A stretch of 64,000 nucleotides of DNA, taken from Laetmonice hystrix (taxonomy: Eukaryota). The stretch covers positions 15,686,001 to 15,750,000 of the forward strand of contig OZ249448.1 in assembly GCA_965235115.1 (NCBI GenBank). Direction: 5' to 3'. Position numbers and translations under genes: made by a program. Below the pieces are notes generated by a model that saw only the letters and a program-made list of their open reading frames with translations, was not told the origin of the DNA and made no database searches. Shown one piece after another: positions 62,738 to 64,000 of this stretch (within the stretch, counting starts at the first letter, position 1; each line of letters opens with the position of its first letter).

Positions 62738-63018
62738 GTCAGACTTTAGTCTAGTTTATCTCAAACATAGTTTCTGTCTAGGGTTATACGATATTTTAGG
62801 GTATTTTATCTCAGAAACACCCCTACTGACACTTATTATTTGGAATTAAGAAATAAAAGTGGTTATATTATATAAAAATCTGACCTTTGTATTGATATAT
62901 TTTGTATGTTTGATGTTTAACTATCGAGTTAATTACTAAGACCCCCAGACTTGCCTAAGATTGGATGGTTTGTGCGTGCTGTGCGGTAACCGGTAGTTTG
63001 TTCTGTCCCTGCCTACAG

Positions 63019-63115
63019 ACGGACGGCTGACGTACGGTCGGTGGGATACTCGGAACTATTCGTTCTATCTCGAGAAGACGTGCTCTCTGCTCTCAAAGAC
63101 CACCCCGAGGCTGAG
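63019..63115 (+). CDS. CNG channel exon H (97 nt): phosphate-binding cassette end and B-helix
   Basis: TTCTGTCCCTGCCTACAG| then (R)RTADVRSVGYSELFVLSREDVLSALKDHPEAE, then |GTAGGT; phase 2 in, phase 0 out. I found no following exon in 63116-64000. Confidence 0.95.
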
Positions 63116-64000
63116 GTAGGTGCCACTCACTCTAGCCTTCTGTCTCCTAGGTCAAACAAAGGTCACCTGGTGCATATACCCCCGTACGTGTTGTCTTACC
63201 CATTTCATCATAACTACATGTTTATAGCCCCCCCCCCCCCCCCCAAAAAAAAAAAAAAAAAAAAAGAAGAAGAAAATAAATAAAAACAAATTAAGGATTA
63301 GAGAAAATGAGTAGTAACCCAAACTACCAACCTACGGTTTGAATTAATGGGAGGTATCGGAAGAGGTCATGGAAACGTTTAGGTGAGGTCATATCGGTCA
63401 GTACCTTCCCATCAAGTACAAGTTGTGTGTCCTAAAGTGATGTACATATCGTGTGGTTGTTTGAGAGGTCATGTATTATCAAACAGTGTACTGTTGGTTC
63501 TGAACGGAACAATGTGTAAAGTATTTCCTTTTCAGAACTAATGCATCTCACAGACCATCGCCAGTCCAATGTGCAATTCTGTCGAAAACCAAACTTTATT
63601 TAACTTCCATCTATTTATTAACATAGAAAACTAAAAATACTTGTTAACGAGAAACGATGAAAGTCAGGTATAAAATGACGACCAGAGGATGTGGCTAACG
63701 TAATAACTCTTTGTTGTAGAGCAGCAAGCGTTCGTCCGAGGCCCAGTCCCAAGGCTGGCTGGTTGTGAATGAACGTTTGTGTGGATACTTGACGTTGTTT
63801 GTTGCTCTGTCTGTCAGTCAGTTATAGAGTATGTCCAGGCCCCGTTCCTGTGTGCTGTTCACGTATTTTGTTCTGGTTTGTAGTCCTCTTTCTGTAAGTT
63901 CATCAGCTAGCATGAGTGGGAGTGTTAGACAGTCCAAACACTACACACCTTCACTAACTGCATGCAGTGAGTCAGACTGAATGGGAACGGTGGTGAAGAC

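Larger units (their letters stand above)
18468..63115 (+). other. Multi-exon gene for a cyclic nucleotide-gated (CNG) cation channel subunit; 5' end uncertain, 3' end beyond the window
   Basis: Eight exons with canonical AG/GT ends and matching phases join into one frame: 18468-19717, 41662-41720, 42016-42077, 55020-55108, 55660-55762, 61820-61974, 62651-62737, 63019-63115. The protein has the pre-S1 RQDSFLKRF motif, S4 IRFPRFVKAYR, pore YWSTLTLTTIGDLPPP, S6 YVFTIVSYLIGVFVFATIVGQVGNVI, a C-linker and CNBD FFGEIGILNL...RRTADVRSVGYSELF. Introns are 21944, 295, 12942, 551, 6057, 676 and 281 nt. Confidence 0.97.

Overview
This is AT-rich animal genomic DNA, probably from an invertebrate. It has spliceosomal GT-AG introns and two N gaps, and I see no operons, CRISPR arrays, rRNA or intact tRNA genes. 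The main feature is most of one + strand gene for a cyclic nucleotide-gated (CNG) cation channel, which the ORF track captures only in part. I reconstructed eight phase-compatible coding exons between 18468 and 63115: 607 codons from ATG 18549, covering S1-S6, a TIGD-type pore, the C-linker and most of the cyclic-nucleotide-binding domain (CNBD). The C-terminus lies beyond the window. About 10 kb (about 16%) of the window is eight minisatellite arrays, which explain nearly all the long repetitive ORFs. The introns and upstream region also hold many non-autonomous DNA transposons (PIF/Harbinger-, P-, hAT- and Kolobok-like), two tRNA-derived SINE-like heads and decayed transposase/LINE fragments. 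I cannot support a wholly new biological system from sequence alone. The best leads are: a Harbinger family present as a 1.7 kb element and an 87 bp hairpin derivative; a P-like MITE that splits a minisatellite; AP-1 and CRE site clusters and a divergent CTCF-like pair inside the channel gene; a NAGNAG acceptor in the C-linker; and an unannotated spliced minus-strand transcript near 4.4-5.4 kb. Family assignments come from recalled motifs, not database searches.
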